This document shows, in pieces, positions 33,844 to 43,239 of a stretch of DNA of 43,318 nucleotides (positions are counted from its first letter, which is position 1; each line of letters opens with the position of its first letter). The stretch lies in contig JARYLH010000001.1 of NCBI GenBank assembly GCA_029907755.1, positions 1-43,318 of the forward strand, in the 5' to 3' direction. Both the position numbers and the translations under genes were made by a program. The DNA is from Candidatus Methanosuratincola sp. GTDB taxonomy: Archaea; Thermoproteota; Methanomethylicia; Methanomethylicales; Methanomethylicaceae. Under the pieces are notes generated by a model. The model was given only the letters and a program-made list of their open reading frames with translations. It did no database searches and was not told the origin of the DNA.

Positions 33844-36800
33844 ATGTCGCGCATAGGCAAGATGCCAAAGGACTACAGATCAAAGCCGGTGGAGGAAGGG
33901 GTTTTCGCGTACTGGCAGGAGAGGGCGATAGAGGAGAAGGTGAGGGGGGCGGGGCAAGGGAAGTTTTACTTCTTGGACGGCCCGCCGTACGTGACGAACC
34001 CTATACACGTCGGCACGGCATGGAACAAGATACTCAAGGACGCCTACATCAGATTTTACAGGATGAACGGCTTCAGGGTGAGGGACCAGCCCGGGTTCGA
34101 CATGCACGGCCTACCCATAGAAGTGATGGTCGAGAAGAAGATCGGCATAAAGAGCAAGAAAGAGATAGAGAGGATGGGGATAGAGAACTTCATAGAGGCG
34201 TGCAAGTCGTTTGCCCTCGAGAACCTCCAGATAGCGACGAGGCAGTTCAAGAACCTCGGGGTCTGGATGGACTGGGATGGCCCCTACCGGACCCTCGACA
34301 ACCACTACATCGAGTCGGTCTGGGCGATGCTGAAGAGGGCAGACGAGAGGAGGCTCCTCGGGAAGGGCAAGAAGGTCGTCCACTGGTGCCCAAGGTGCGA
34401 GACGGTGCTTGCAGGGTACGAGGCCACTGACGAGTACAGGGAGCTCGAGGAGGAGTCCATATACGTGAAGTTCAAGGTGGAGGGGAAGGAAAACGAGTAC
34501 ATACTGATCTGGACCACGACGCCGTGGACTCTGCCTGCGAACGCCGCCGTGATGGTACACCCCGATTTCATGTACGTACGCGCGAGATCCGGAGGGGAGA
34601 CATACATTCTTGCCGAGGCCAGGCTCGAACACGTGTTCTCCGACCCAGGGAAGGAATACGAGGTCTTGGAGAGGTTCCCTGGCTCCTACCTGAGGCGCCT
34701 TAGATACAGGGCACCCCTCCTGGAGGAGGTGCCTGAGCAGTCGAGGCTGAGCCCTGCGCACCTCGTTGTCCTCAGCGACCAGTTCGTCACGCTGGAGGAA
34801 GGCACCGGCTGCGTCCACACCGCACCGGGTCACGGGGAGGAGGATCACGCCGTCGGTGAGGAGTACGGGCTGCCGGACTTCTGCCCCGTGGACGAGCGCG
34901 GGCTTTTCACCGAGGAGGCCGGGAAGTACGCCGGGAAGAGCGTCAGGGAGACCAACGGCGAGATAATCGAGGATCTCAAGTCGAAGGGCCTGCTCTTCAA
35001 GACAGAGAAGACGAAACACAGGTACCCACACTGCTGGAGGTGCAAGACTCCCCTGATCCTGAGGACGGCCTCGCAGTGGTTCATCAGAGTCACCGACCTC
35101 AAGGAGCGCCTCCTCGAAGAGAACGAGAAGGTCGAGTGGATACCGGACTGGGCAGGGAAGGCAAGGTTTGGCAACTGGATTAAGAACGCGAAGGACTGGG
35201 TGATCTCGAGGCAGAGGTACTGGGGCATACCGCTCCCGATCTGGGTCTGCGGCTCATGCGGCAAGCACCGCGTCATCGGATCCATAGAAGAGCTCAGGGA
35301 GAACGCCCCTGGAACGGGGGATGTCGAGCCCCACCGCCCGTGGGTGGACAGGATAAGGCTGAAGTGCGAATGCGGCGGGGAGATGCAAAGGGTGCCGGAT
35401 GTCGCGGACGTCTGGATGGATTCAGGATCGGCTTCGTTCGCGTGCCTTGGCTACCCGAAGAGCCGAGAGGAATTTGAGAGGTGGTGGCCCGCGGACTTGA
35501 TCCTTGAGGGGCAGGACCAGACTAGGGGATGGTTCTACACGCTCATGGTCTGCAGTGTCGTGCTCTTCAACGAGGCGCCGTACAAGAGGGTTCTGATGCA
35601 TGGATTCACGACTGCACAGGACGGGCGGGCGATGCACAAGTCCCTCGGCAACGTCGTCTTCCCCGAGGAGGTCATAGAGAAGTTCGGAAGGGACACGCTT
35701 AGGTGGTACGAGCTCGGGTGCACCACATGGGAGGACCTGAGGTTCACTTGGAAGTCGATAGAGGAAACCGCGCGATTCCTCAACATCCTCTGGAGCACGT
35801 ATTACTTCGCCAGCCTTTACATGAACCTTGACAATTTCGATCCCGGAGAGCACACGATCGGGGACGTGGAGAAGCACCTGCGGCTGGAGGACAGGTGGAT
35901 AATCTCAAAGCTCGAGGGCCTTATCAAGCGAGTTACTGAAGCGATGGCGGGGTGCAGGGTCTTCGATGCGGTGAGGGATCTCGAGGAGTTCATGAGGGAC
36001 GACGTCAGCAGGTGGTACATAAAACTGATCAGGAGGAGGACTTGGACGGAGGAGGAGGATCCGGAAAAGATAGCTGCATACGCCACCCTCAGCCACGTCC
36101 TCCTGAATTACCTGAAGCTGATCGCGCCGATAGTCCCCTTCATGTCAGAGGAGATCTACCGGCACGTCTTCGCTGGGCTCGAGGGTATGCCGGAGAGCGT
36201 CCACATGCTCAGGTGGCCATCCGCTTCAGAGGAGAGGATGGACCCGGAGCTCGAGGATGAGATGAAAGTGGTCAAGGAAGTAATTGAGGCGTCGTTCAGC
36301 GCCAGGCAGGCAGCCAGGATAAAGACGAGGATGCCCCTACTCAGGATGAAGGTTGTGACAGGGAGCGAATCTGTGAAGGCTGCGGTCGAGAGGATGAGGG
36401 GGGTAATTGAGGACCAGGCGAATGTGAAGGAAGTTGAAGTGATAACCCCCGAGGAGGGGTGGAGGATGAAGGATGTGGTCCTGATCCCCAACAGGTCAAT
36501 CCTCGGCCCGATCTTCAGGGAGAAGAGCGGGTTGGTTTCGAGCGCCATCAGTGCCCTCAACGGGAAGGAGGTAATCGAGGCCTTCGAGCGGGGGGAGGGC
36601 GTCTGGGTGGAGGTGGAGGGATTGGGCAGGGTAGAGGTAAGGAAGGACTACGTGAGTGTCCACGAGAGGCTCCCTGAAAACTACAGGAGCGAGAAGTGCA
36701 GGTATGGCGAGGTCTTCATCGACACTACGAGGAGCGATGAGCTGCTTGCCGAGGGGCTCGCCAGGGACGTCGTGAGGAGGATCCAGGAGATGAGGAAGCG

Positions 36801-37011
36801 CGCCGACCTGAACGTCGACGACTACATCAAAGCGTTTGTGAAGGCACCGTCGGAGGATGTGAGGAGGGCGCTCGAGAGCAGGGCGACGCAGATCGCAGGC
36901 GAGGTCAGGGCAAAGGAGCTCAGGATATCGCTGCAGGAACCGGATTTTGGTGCCCCCGAGGAATGGGAGATCGAGGGGGAGAAGTACACCATAAGCATCG
37001 AGAAGATCTAG
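33844..37011 (+). CDS. ileS: Isoleucyl-tRNA synthetase
   Basis: 1055 aa. 'PPYVTNPIHVGTAWNKILKD', 'WTTTPWTLPAN' (editing domain), zinc motifs 'CPRCETV' and 'CWRCKTPL', and a KMSKS-position loop reading 'AMHKS'. Confidence 0.95.
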   Translation: MSRIGKMPKDYRSKPVEEGVFAYWQERAIEEKVRGAGQGKFYFLDGPPYVTNPIHVGTAWNKILKDAYIRFYRMNGFRVRDQPGFDMHGLPIEVMVEKKIGIKSKKEIERMGIENFIEACKSFALENLQIATRQFKNLGVWMDWDGPYRTLDNHYIESVWAMLKRADERRLLGKGKKVVHWCPRCETVLAGYEATDEYRELEEESIYVKFKVEGKENEYILIWTTTPWTLPANAAVMVHPDFMYVRARSGGETYILAEARLEHVFSDPGKEYEVLERFPGSYLRRLRYRAPLLEEVPEQSRLSPAHLVVLSDQFVTLEEGTGCVHTAPGHGEEDHAVGEEYGLPDFCPVDERGLFTEEAGKYAGKSVRETNGEIIEDLKSKGLLFKTEKTKHRYPHCWRCKTPLILRTASQWFIRVTDLKERLLEENEKVEWIPDWAGKARFGNWIKNAKDWVISRQRYWGIPLPIWVCGSCGKHRVIGSIEELRENAPGTGDVEPHRPWVDRIRLKCECGGEMQRVPDVADVWMDSGSASFACLGYPKSREEFERWWPADLILEGQDQTRGWFYTLMVCSVVLFNEAPYKRVLMHGFTTAQDGRAMHKSLGNVVFPEEVIEKFGRDTLRWYELGCTTWEDLRFTWKSIEETARFLNILWSTYYFASLYMNLDNFDPGEHTIGDVEKHLRLEDRWIISKLEGLIKRVTEAMAGCRVFDAVRDLEEFMRDDVSRWYIKLIRRRTWTEEEDPEKIAAYATLSHVLLNYLKLIAPIVPFMSEEIYRHVFAGLEGMPESVHMLRWPSASEERMDPELEDEMKVVKEVIEASFSARQAARIKTRMPLLRMKVVTGSESVKAAVERMRGVIEDQANVKEVEVITPEEGWRMKDVVLIPNRSILGPIFREKSGLVSSAISALNGKEVIEAFERGEGVWVEVEGLGRVEVRKDYVSVHERLPENYRSEKCRYGEVFIDTTRSDELLAEGLARDVVRRIQEMRKRADLNVDDYIKAFVKAPSEDVRRALESRATQIAGEVRAKELRISLQEPDFGAPEEWEIEGEKYTISIEKI

Positions 37012-37055
37012 ACGAGGCGCGCCTCCCCCGAGCGGCAATTGGGGGCGATCACAAA

Positions 37056-38180
37056 ATGCCTGGGATCAGAAGGGCGGGGCTAATCGTAAACCCCGTGGCG
37101 GGAATGGGCGGAGCGGTGGGGCTGAAAGGCACGGACGGCTTGGTCGAGACAGCCCTCCAGCTCGGCGCTGTCCAGGTGTCCGTCGGCAGGGCAGTCAGGT
37201 TCCTGGGGAAATTGAAGCCCTTGGGAGGGGCGATTGATTTCGTGACGTGCCCAGGCGAGATGGGGGAGGAAGCGTTCCGGAGGGCATCCCTACCATTCCG
37301 GATGTTGAGCGGGATGGAGAGGAAGGGGAGGACGACGAGCGATGACACCAAGCTGGCAGCTGCCAAGATGCTCGAGGAAGGGGTCGAGGTGATTGCATTC
37401 TGCGGAGGGGACGGAACCGCAAGGGACATCTTCGACACGGTTGGGGACAGGGTTCCGGTGATAGGCATCCCTGCGGGAGTAAAGATGCACAGCGGGGTAT
37501 TCGCCGTGAGCCCCGAGGCAGCCGCCGGGATCCTCGTAAGGTTCCTTTGGGGCGAACTTCCTCTGAAGGAGGCGGAGGTGGCAGATGTGGACGAGGAAGC
37601 TTTCAGGCAGGGGAGGGTCTCATCAAGGATATATGGATACATGAATGTCCCCTACGACCCGGAGAGGGTTCAGGGCACGAAGGTCGCATCGCAGTTGATT
37701 GGTGATGTCAGCGAAAACGCCCTGGCGATAGCAGAGTGGATAGTGGAGGGGATGGAGGGGGGCGTGACTTATGTGCTCGGCCCGGGAAGCACCGTCAAGA
37801 AGATCAACCAGGTCCTCGGCATCGAGGGGTCGCAGCTCGGCGTCGACGTCGTAAGGGACAAGAGGCTGGTTGCAGCAGACGCCTCGGAGGAGATCGTCTT
37901 CAGGAATGTCAGAGACGGAAAGGCGAGGATCATAGTTTCCCCGATAGGGAACCAGGGGTTCATCTTCGGAAGGGGGAACCAGCAGATAAGCCCAAGGGTG
38001 ATCAGGGCAGTAGGGAAGGAGAACGTTCTCGTGATAGCCACAAGGGAGAAGTTGAGGTGGACCAGATGCCTTAGGGTCGACACAGGTGACCCAGAGATCG
38101 ACGCGCTTTTTTTGGGGCCTATGAGAGTGGTAGCAGACTACAACTTCGCTAAGATTATGATGGTCGCAGGGACGGAGTGA
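37056..38180 (+). CDS. ATP-NAD kinase-fold protein (COG3199-like, uncharacterised)
   Basis: 'GLIVNPVAGMGG' and 'FCGGDGTARD' (GGDGT) with a longer two-domain layout. I trimmed the start to ATG 37056. Confidence 0.65.
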   Translation: MPGIRRAGLIVNPVAGMGGAVGLKGTDGLVETALQLGAVQVSVGRAVRFLGKLKPLGGAIDFVTCPGEMGEEAFRRASLPFRMLSGMERKGRTTSDDTKLAAAKMLEEGVEVIAFCGGDGTARDIFDTVGDRVPVIGIPAGVKMHSGVFAVSPEAAAGILVRFLWGELPLKEAEVADVDEEAFRQGRVSSRIYGYMNVPYDPERVQGTKVASQLIGDVSENALAIAEWIVEGMEGGVTYVLGPGSTVKKINQVLGIEGSQLGVDVVRDKRLVAADASEEIVFRNVRDGKARIIVSPIGNQGFIFGRGNQQISPRVIRAVGKENVLVIATREKLRWTRCLRVDTGDPEIDALFLGPMRVVADYNFAKIMMVAGTE

Positions 38181-38206
38181 AGCCCTGAGCGAGGGGCGCA
38201 AAAAGC

Positions 38207-38617
38207 TCAGAGCTGCTTCCTGACCAGATCGGAGTACTCCTCTGCACCGAGAAGGCCGTCCGTTCCGCCAGTGACCTGCAATTTGACCAGCCAGCCGTTC
38301 CCGTACGGATCTTTGTTGACGAGCTCGGGCTTGCTCTCGAGCTCGGAGTTGACCTCGACCACCATGCCGTCCACCGGAGAGTAGACCTCTGCGACTGCCT
38401 TGATCGACTCGAGCGTGCACAGGGGGAGGCCCCGCTTGACAGCCTGACCGACCTTCGGAAGGTCAGCATACACGACATCGTGGAGGCTCCGCTGAGCAAA
38501 GTCGGAGATGCCTACCTTTGAAGGCGAGGATGAGAGGTCGATCCATTCGTGAGTCTTGGCATACTTCAGCCCCTTCTTCACCAAGTTCCCTGAAACGTCA
38601 ATGAAATCCGACATCAC
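38207..38617 (-). CDS. gcvH: Glycine cleavage system H protein / lipoyl carrier
   Basis: 'YAKTHEWI', 'VGISDFAQ' and the lipoyl-Lys motif 'LESIKAVAEVYSPV'. Confidence 0.9.
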   Translation of the reverse strand: MMSDFIDVSGNLVKKGLKYAKTHEWIDLSSSPSKVGISDFAQRSLHDVVYADLPKVGQAVKRGLPLCTLESIKAVAEVYSPVDGMVVEVNSELESKPELVNKDPYGNGWLVKLQVTGGTDGLLGAEEYSDLVRKQL

Positions 38618-38701
38618 GACACCCTCTATCCGATTTCTGCGTCTTGCTATTTTTATTTATGGGTAAAAAATCCCAGATTGCGCAAAAAGTCCCGCTCCGA
38701 T

Positions 38702-38908
38702 TCAGACGTTCTTCTGGAATAGCTTCAGAAAGCCGCGCCTGTTTTCATCTGAAATGGAGATCTTCAGGCTGTTCGAGTCGAAGCTCAAGGGTGTTGAGCA
38801 CTTCGGGCACCGCCCGTTGTTCTTCTCGAGTATCTCCTTCGGTGAGACTAGCTCGGGGTCTTCGTAGAGGACTGCTTTACATTGATGACATAAGACTCTT
38901 ATTGGCAA
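38702..38908 (-). CDS. Small zinc-ribbon protein
   Basis: 68 aa with 'CHQC...CPKC'. It overlaps the end of the upstream membrane-protein gene by 32 nt. Confidence 0.5.
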   Translation of the reverse strand: MPIRVLCHQCKAVLYEDPELVSPKEILEKNNGRCPKCSTPLSFDSNSLKISISDENRRGFLKLFQKNV

Positions 38909-39434
38909 TCAGATCACCCAGGTCACCATTCTCAAGGATCCTCTCTATCCGTATCAGACCCTTTCTGGCCATGGACTCGGCCCATATCTCTGCTGCGAAC
39001 CTCAAATACTTCTCGGATGCTTTTAAACCATTCTCCCCCTCGAAGTCCTGCGATGCGTTGAGGATCCCCTCTATGTACGCAGAGGACTGCATAGGGTCAT
39101 TCAGAAAGCATAGGACGGTCCCCTTCGACCCCAAGATCCCCCAAGATCGCTCGATGTCGAAGGCGATGACCATCCCACCCCTCCAGGCTCCGACCAGGAA
39201 AAGAACAAGCCCGAAGAATATCCCGTAGTCGGAATAGGGCGAAGTGCTGATCGAGAAGAATACCCTGTCAATCGAGTAGACTGCAGCGGAGATCCCTATG
39301 AGCACACTCCCCATTACGCCTGCCAGCGTCCGCCTCATTTTCGGGTCGGTCCAGACCCGGTCCGCGAAAGCCGCGTTGTAGAAGAGCGACAGCGAAAGGA
39401 GGAGAAACCTAGACTTGATCGAGGCGAAGCGCAT
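38877..39434 (-). CDS. Hypothetical membrane protein (about 3 TM) with soluble C-terminal domain
   Basis: It has hydrophobic helices and normal amino-acid composition, whereas the antisense +ORF is Ser/Arg-rich. I trimmed the start to ATG 39434 so it does not run into topA. Confidence 0.55.
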   Translation of the reverse strand: MRFASIKSRFLLLSLSLFYNAAFADRVWTDPKMRRTLAGVMGSVLIGISAAVYSIDRVFFSISTSPYSDYGIFFGLVLFLVGAWRGGMVIAFDIERSWGILGSKGTVLCFLNDPMQSSAYIEGILNASQDFEGENGLKASEKYLRFAAEIWAESMARKGLIRIERILENGDLGDLIANKSLMSSM

Positions 39435-39485
39435 ACCACATTTAATAAAGTCCTTAAAAGTATTAAGTTTTGGGTCGAGGGCGGC
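39435..39485. promoter_or_regulatory. AT-rich divergent promoter region (TTTAATAAA, TTAAAAGTATTAAG)
   Basis: A 51-bp spacer between divergent starts contains two TATA-like boxes. Confidence 0.4.
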
Positions 39486-41543
39486 GTGGTTCACCACCTA
39501 CTCGTTTGCGAGAAGCCGAGCGCTGCCAGGAAGATAGCGTATACGCTCGGCGGCAGTGGCGTCAGCAGGATTGGAAGGGGCCTGCCATTCTACCGGTTCC
39601 AGAAGGGGGGCGACACGGTCACGGTGGTATCCGCGCTGGGGCACCTCTACACCCCAGTCCAGCAGGGCAAGGGCTGGAGCTTCCCCGTATTCAACCTTGT
39701 CTGGGAGCCCGCCAGCGGAAGGCGGGTGAAGCTATTCCTGGAGGGGATCGCAAGGCTGGCGAGGGAGGCGGATTCGTTCATAAGTGCCTGCGACTTCGAT
39801 ACCGAGGGTAGCCTGATAGCGTTCATGATACTCAGGAAAGCGTGCGGCGGGGCAGACGCGAAGGCGAGGCGGATGAAGTTCTCTTCGCTCACTAGGGACG
39901 AGCTCTCGAGGGCATACGAGAACCTATCAGAACTCGACACACCGGTCATAAATGCAGGCATGGCCCGGCACGAGATTGACTGGATCTTTGGCGTGAATGT
40001 CTCGAGGGCGATAATGGACGCTTACAGCTGCAACACGGGAAGATTCGAGGTGCTCAGCGCAGGCAGGGTCCAGAGCCCCACGCTGGATGCGCTTTGCAGG
40101 AGGGACGACGAGATAGATCTCCACGTCCCAGACCCATACTGGACTGCGGGAGCCGAGATCAGGTTCCTATCCAGCGGAGAGACTGCCAAGGCGGAGTACT
40201 CCAAGAACCCTATATTGATGAAAGGCGAGGGGGAGGGGCTGAGGCTCAGGTGCGAAGGGTCCCCAGGAACGGTGCGCCGGGTCGAGGGAGGGGAACTGAC
40301 TGTGCCAGCGCCGCACCCGTTCGATCTCGGGGAGCTCCAGAGCGAGGCATACAGGGTCTTTGGGCTCCAGCCATGGAGGACCCAGAAGATAGCGGAGGGG
40401 CTTTACCTTGAGGGGCTGATATCCTACCCTAGGACGTCGAGCCAGCAGCTGCCCCCATCTATAGGGTTCAGGGGCATCCTCACGAAGCTAGGGACGATCG
40501 AAGCGTACAAGGAGAGCGTAGGCGAGATACTCAATTATGCAGATTCAGGGAGGGGGCTTTGTCCCAGGCAGGGCAAGAAGTCGGATCCAGCCCACCCTGC
40601 CATCCACCCTACAGGGATTAAGCCCAATAGGCTTGGGGGGGAGGGCAGGAAAATCTACGACCTGATAGTGAAACGGTTCATCTCCACCTTCGGACCGCCC
40701 GCTCGGAAATCCTTCAAAACCATAGAGGTCGAGCTGGAGCGAGGCGACGTCTTCAAGATCGAGGCGGAGGCGGTATCTGATCCCGGATGGATGAAACACT
40801 ACGCGCCCTATGTGAGGATCAGCGGCTCCAGCCTGCCGGAGGCGGAGGAAGGGGAGGCGGCGAGGGCAGAGGAGGTGTGGGTCGAAGAGAGGTACACCGA
40901 TCCTCCCCCCAGGTTCAACCAGAGCAGCCTGATCAAATTCATGGAAAGGAACGGGTTGGGGACGAAGTCGACCCGCGCCGAGATAATAAGCACGCTTTAC
41001 AGGCGCGGTTACATCGAGGGCAGCAGCATCCGCGTGACGGAGCTGGGACGCGGGGTGATTGGAGTGCTAAGGAAGCGCTTCCCCGAACTGGTCTCGATAG
41101 GACTGACCAGGGACCTCGAAGAGAGGATGGCGGGGATAGAGGAGGGCAGAGAGGAGTACTCAGCCGTTCTCTTAAGGGGGGCGGAGGCAATCAAGGGAGC
41201 TTTCGAGCACATGATCTCCGAGTTCGAGGCGGCAGGTGCAGAGATCACCAACCTCGTGGAAGGACGTAGGGGGCAGACGAAGAAGATCGGAGCCTGCCCA
41301 TCCTGCAAAAATGGGGAGCTCATTATTGTCCGCTCAAGGAAGACCGGCAAGAGGTTTGTGGGCTGCTCCAACTACGGCTCAGGGTGCAGGTTCTCTGCGC
41401 CCCTCCCCCAGAGGGGGGTCGTGAAGGCCACCGGGGAGGCGTGCAGGGAGTGCCGTTACCCCACCGTTTTGGTCACGTGGGGGCGGACCAAGTCTTGGAG
41501 GGTATGCCTGAACCCCGGGTGCCCGTCGAGGGTGAGAAAATGA
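39486..41543 (+). CDS. topA: Type IA DNA topoisomerase (archaeal TopA/Topo III-like) with C-terminal zinc ribbons
   Basis: TOPRIM 'LLVCEKPSAARKIA', 'ACDFDTEGS', active-site Tyr 'LISYPRTSSQQL', and C-terminal 'CPSCKNGEL...GCSNYGSGC' and 'CRECRYP'. GTG start. Confidence 0.9.
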   Translation: MVHHLLVCEKPSAARKIAYTLGGSGVSRIGRGLPFYRFQKGGDTVTVVSALGHLYTPVQQGKGWSFPVFNLVWEPASGRRVKLFLEGIARLAREADSFISACDFDTEGSLIAFMILRKACGGADAKARRMKFSSLTRDELSRAYENLSELDTPVINAGMARHEIDWIFGVNVSRAIMDAYSCNTGRFEVLSAGRVQSPTLDALCRRDDEIDLHVPDPYWTAGAEIRFLSSGETAKAEYSKNPILMKGEGEGLRLRCEGSPGTVRRVEGGELTVPAPHPFDLGELQSEAYRVFGLQPWRTQKIAEGLYLEGLISYPRTSSQQLPPSIGFRGILTKLGTIEAYKESVGEILNYADSGRGLCPRQGKKSDPAHPAIHPTGIKPNRLGGEGRKIYDLIVKRFISTFGPPARKSFKTIEVELERGDVFKIEAEAVSDPGWMKHYAPYVRISGSSLPEAEEGEAARAEEVWVEERYTDPPPRFNQSSLIKFMERNGLGTKSTRAEIISTLYRRGYIEGSSIRVTELGRGVIGVLRKRFPELVSIGLTRDLEERMAGIEEGREEYSAVLLRGAEAIKGAFEHMISEFEAAGAEITNLVEGRRGQTKKIGACPSCKNGELIIVRSRKTGKRFVGCSNYGSGCRFSAPLPQRGVVKATGEACRECRYPTVLVTWGRTKSWRVCLNPGCPSRVRK

Positions 41544-41758
41544 GGTGCAAGATTTGCGGAGGCGGTGGAGGGGGGGAAGGCGAAGGGGTGTGCGACAGGC
41601 ACGCCGAGGCGGAGAGGAGGCTGCGGGAGCACTTCAAGGTCTGGACAGAGCGGACAGGGCTTGGATGGGCCGAGTACCTCGAGGCGATTCTCAAGAATGA
41701 GAGGACGGGAATCTTGGTGAAGGAAGCCGCTAGCTACTTGCTCCAGAACGGACGATAA
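41540..41758 (+). CDS. Small protein with N-terminal CxxC and poly-Gly tract, unknown function
   Basis: An ATGA overlap (ATG 41540, topA stop TGA 41541-41543) couples it to topA. Sequence: 'MRCKICGGGGGGEGEGVCDRHAEAERRL...'. 72 aa. Confidence 0.45.
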   Translation: MRCKICGGGGGGEGEGVCDRHAEAERRLREHFKVWTERTGLGWAEYLEAILKNERTGILVKEAASYLLQNGR

Positions 41759-43220
41759 CCGCGACCTCCCCCATCATCTCATCCCTCGCCCTATCGATCC
41801 TGCAGCGGATCGACGCCACAGCGCTTTCCTCGTCTCCCAAGGATCGCATCCTTTCCCCTATCATCCTCTGCGCTTCAGCATAAGAGGGGCCCCCGCGCAC
41901 ACTCCTCACGTCGACATTCATTGCCGGCGAGACCGCGCGCTCAACTGATCCCTTAGTCAGTTCAACGCCGGACTCAGCTGCTATCATCTCCCGCAGGCGC
42001 TCCGGGTCGACCTCAGAGAGCGAAAGTCCCTCGGCAGAGAGTCTCCTGACCAGAGACCCGACAACATGGTGAGCCCTACGGAACGGCATACCGCCCTCCC
42101 TGACGAGCACATCCGCAAGCTCGGTAGCGACGGAGGACCCCCTGTCCAGCGACGCCCTAATACGGGCCTCATTGAACTTCACTTTGCCAACAAAGTCCGC
42201 AAGAACCTTTAGGGAAACGGCTGTCGACTCGCAGGCATCCCAGAGGTGCGGGGTGAGCTCCTGCATGTCCAAGTTGTAAGCGAGTGGCAGGGCCTTCATT
42301 ATAGCCATGAGAGAGACCAGATCCCCGAGGACCGAGCCGCACTTGGCCCGGACGATTTCGAGCGTGACGGGGTTCTTCTTCTGGGGCATGATGCTGCTCG
42401 TAGAGGCGTGGTCGTCTGGGACCTCGATGTAGCCAAATTCTGACGAAGACCAGACAATCATCTCCTCCGCGAACCTGCTCAGGTCTACCATCAGGATCGC
42501 AAGCGATGACGCGACCTCGAGGGCAAAATCCCTTGAGGCTACAGCGTCCATTGTGTTCTCCAGCAACCCGTCAAACCCAAGGTATCCCGCCACCTTAGAC
42601 CTGTCAATGTTGAAACCTGTCCCTGCGAGGGCAGCAGCGCCCATGGGGCATAGGTTGACCCTCGGGTATGAGCCTAAGATCCTTTCGAAGCTCCTCTTAA
42701 TCGAGTCGTGGTGTGCAAGGAGCCAGTGTGCGATCGTGACTGGCTGGGCGTGCTGCAGGTGGGTGTATCCTGGCACGACGGTCCTGCCTTCTGGCGCCGC
42801 GGCCCTTTGGAGCAGCGAACGCTGGAGCAGGATGATCCCCCCGCAGATCTCAATGATGAAAGCCCTCAAGCGCATCCTTATTGCCGTCGCCACCTGATCG
42901 TTGCGGCTCTTTCCTGTGTGCATCTTCCCGCCCGTCTCCTGCCCGACAAGGCGCGTCACTTCCTCCTCGACGACCATGTGGATGTCCTCCATGTCTGGGG
43001 GGACGTGCTTCACCTTGCCATACAGGCTGTTAAGGGCTGAGAGGAGGGCGGCGGCATCAACTTTGCCAATGTATTTGGAGCTTGTTAGGGCAAGGACGTG
43101 CGCCATGTTTATCTCGACCACGGCATCTGCTATGTAGTGGTCATGCTCTGCGGAGGAGGTAAACCTCGCCACATCTCCGGTGAGGTCCCCAGCGAGGCGC
43201 CCGCCGCGAGTGATCTTCAA
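41730..43220 (-). CDS. argH: Argininosuccinate lyase
   Basis: 'HTGKSRNDQV' and the fumarate-lyase signature 'TSSIMPQKKNP'. TTG start is preceded by GGGAGG. Confidence 0.95.
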   Translation of the reverse strand: MKITRGGRLAGDLTGDVARFTSSAEHDHYIADAVVEINMAHVLALTSSKYIGKVDAAALLSALNSLYGKVKHVPPDMEDIHMVVEEEVTRLVGQETGGKMHTGKSRNDQVATAIRMRLRAFIIEICGGIILLQRSLLQRAAAPEGRTVVPGYTHLQHAQPVTIAHWLLAHHDSIKRSFERILGSYPRVNLCPMGAAALAGTGFNIDRSKVAGYLGFDGLLENTMDAVASRDFALEVASSLAILMVDLSRFAEEMIVWSSSEFGYIEVPDDHASTSSIMPQKKNPVTLEIVRAKCGSVLGDLVSLMAIMKALPLAYNLDMQELTPHLWDACESTAVSLKVLADFVGKVKFNEARIRASLDRGSSVATELADVLVREGGMPFRRAHHVVGSLVRRLSAEGLSLSEVDPERLREMIAAESGVELTKGSVERAVSPAMNVDVRSVRGGPSYAEAQRMIGERMRSLGDEESAVASIRCRIDRARDEMMGEVAVIVRSGASS

Positions 43221-43239
43221 GGCAGGTTCCTCCCGGAGC

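Noticed and set aside
34111-35031. 306-aa minus-strand ORF inside ileS
   Set aside because: It is an antisense shadow ORF of a highly conserved gene and has no recognisable motifs.
37623-38420. 265-aa minus-strand ORF
   Set aside because: It is an Arg-rich antisense frame of the COG3199-like gene and runs through gcvH out of frame.
38644-39228. 194-aa plus-strand ORF
   Set aside because: It is Ser/Arg-rich and antisense to a membrane protein with sensible TM helices and to the zinc-ribbon ORF. The minus-strand genes are preferred.
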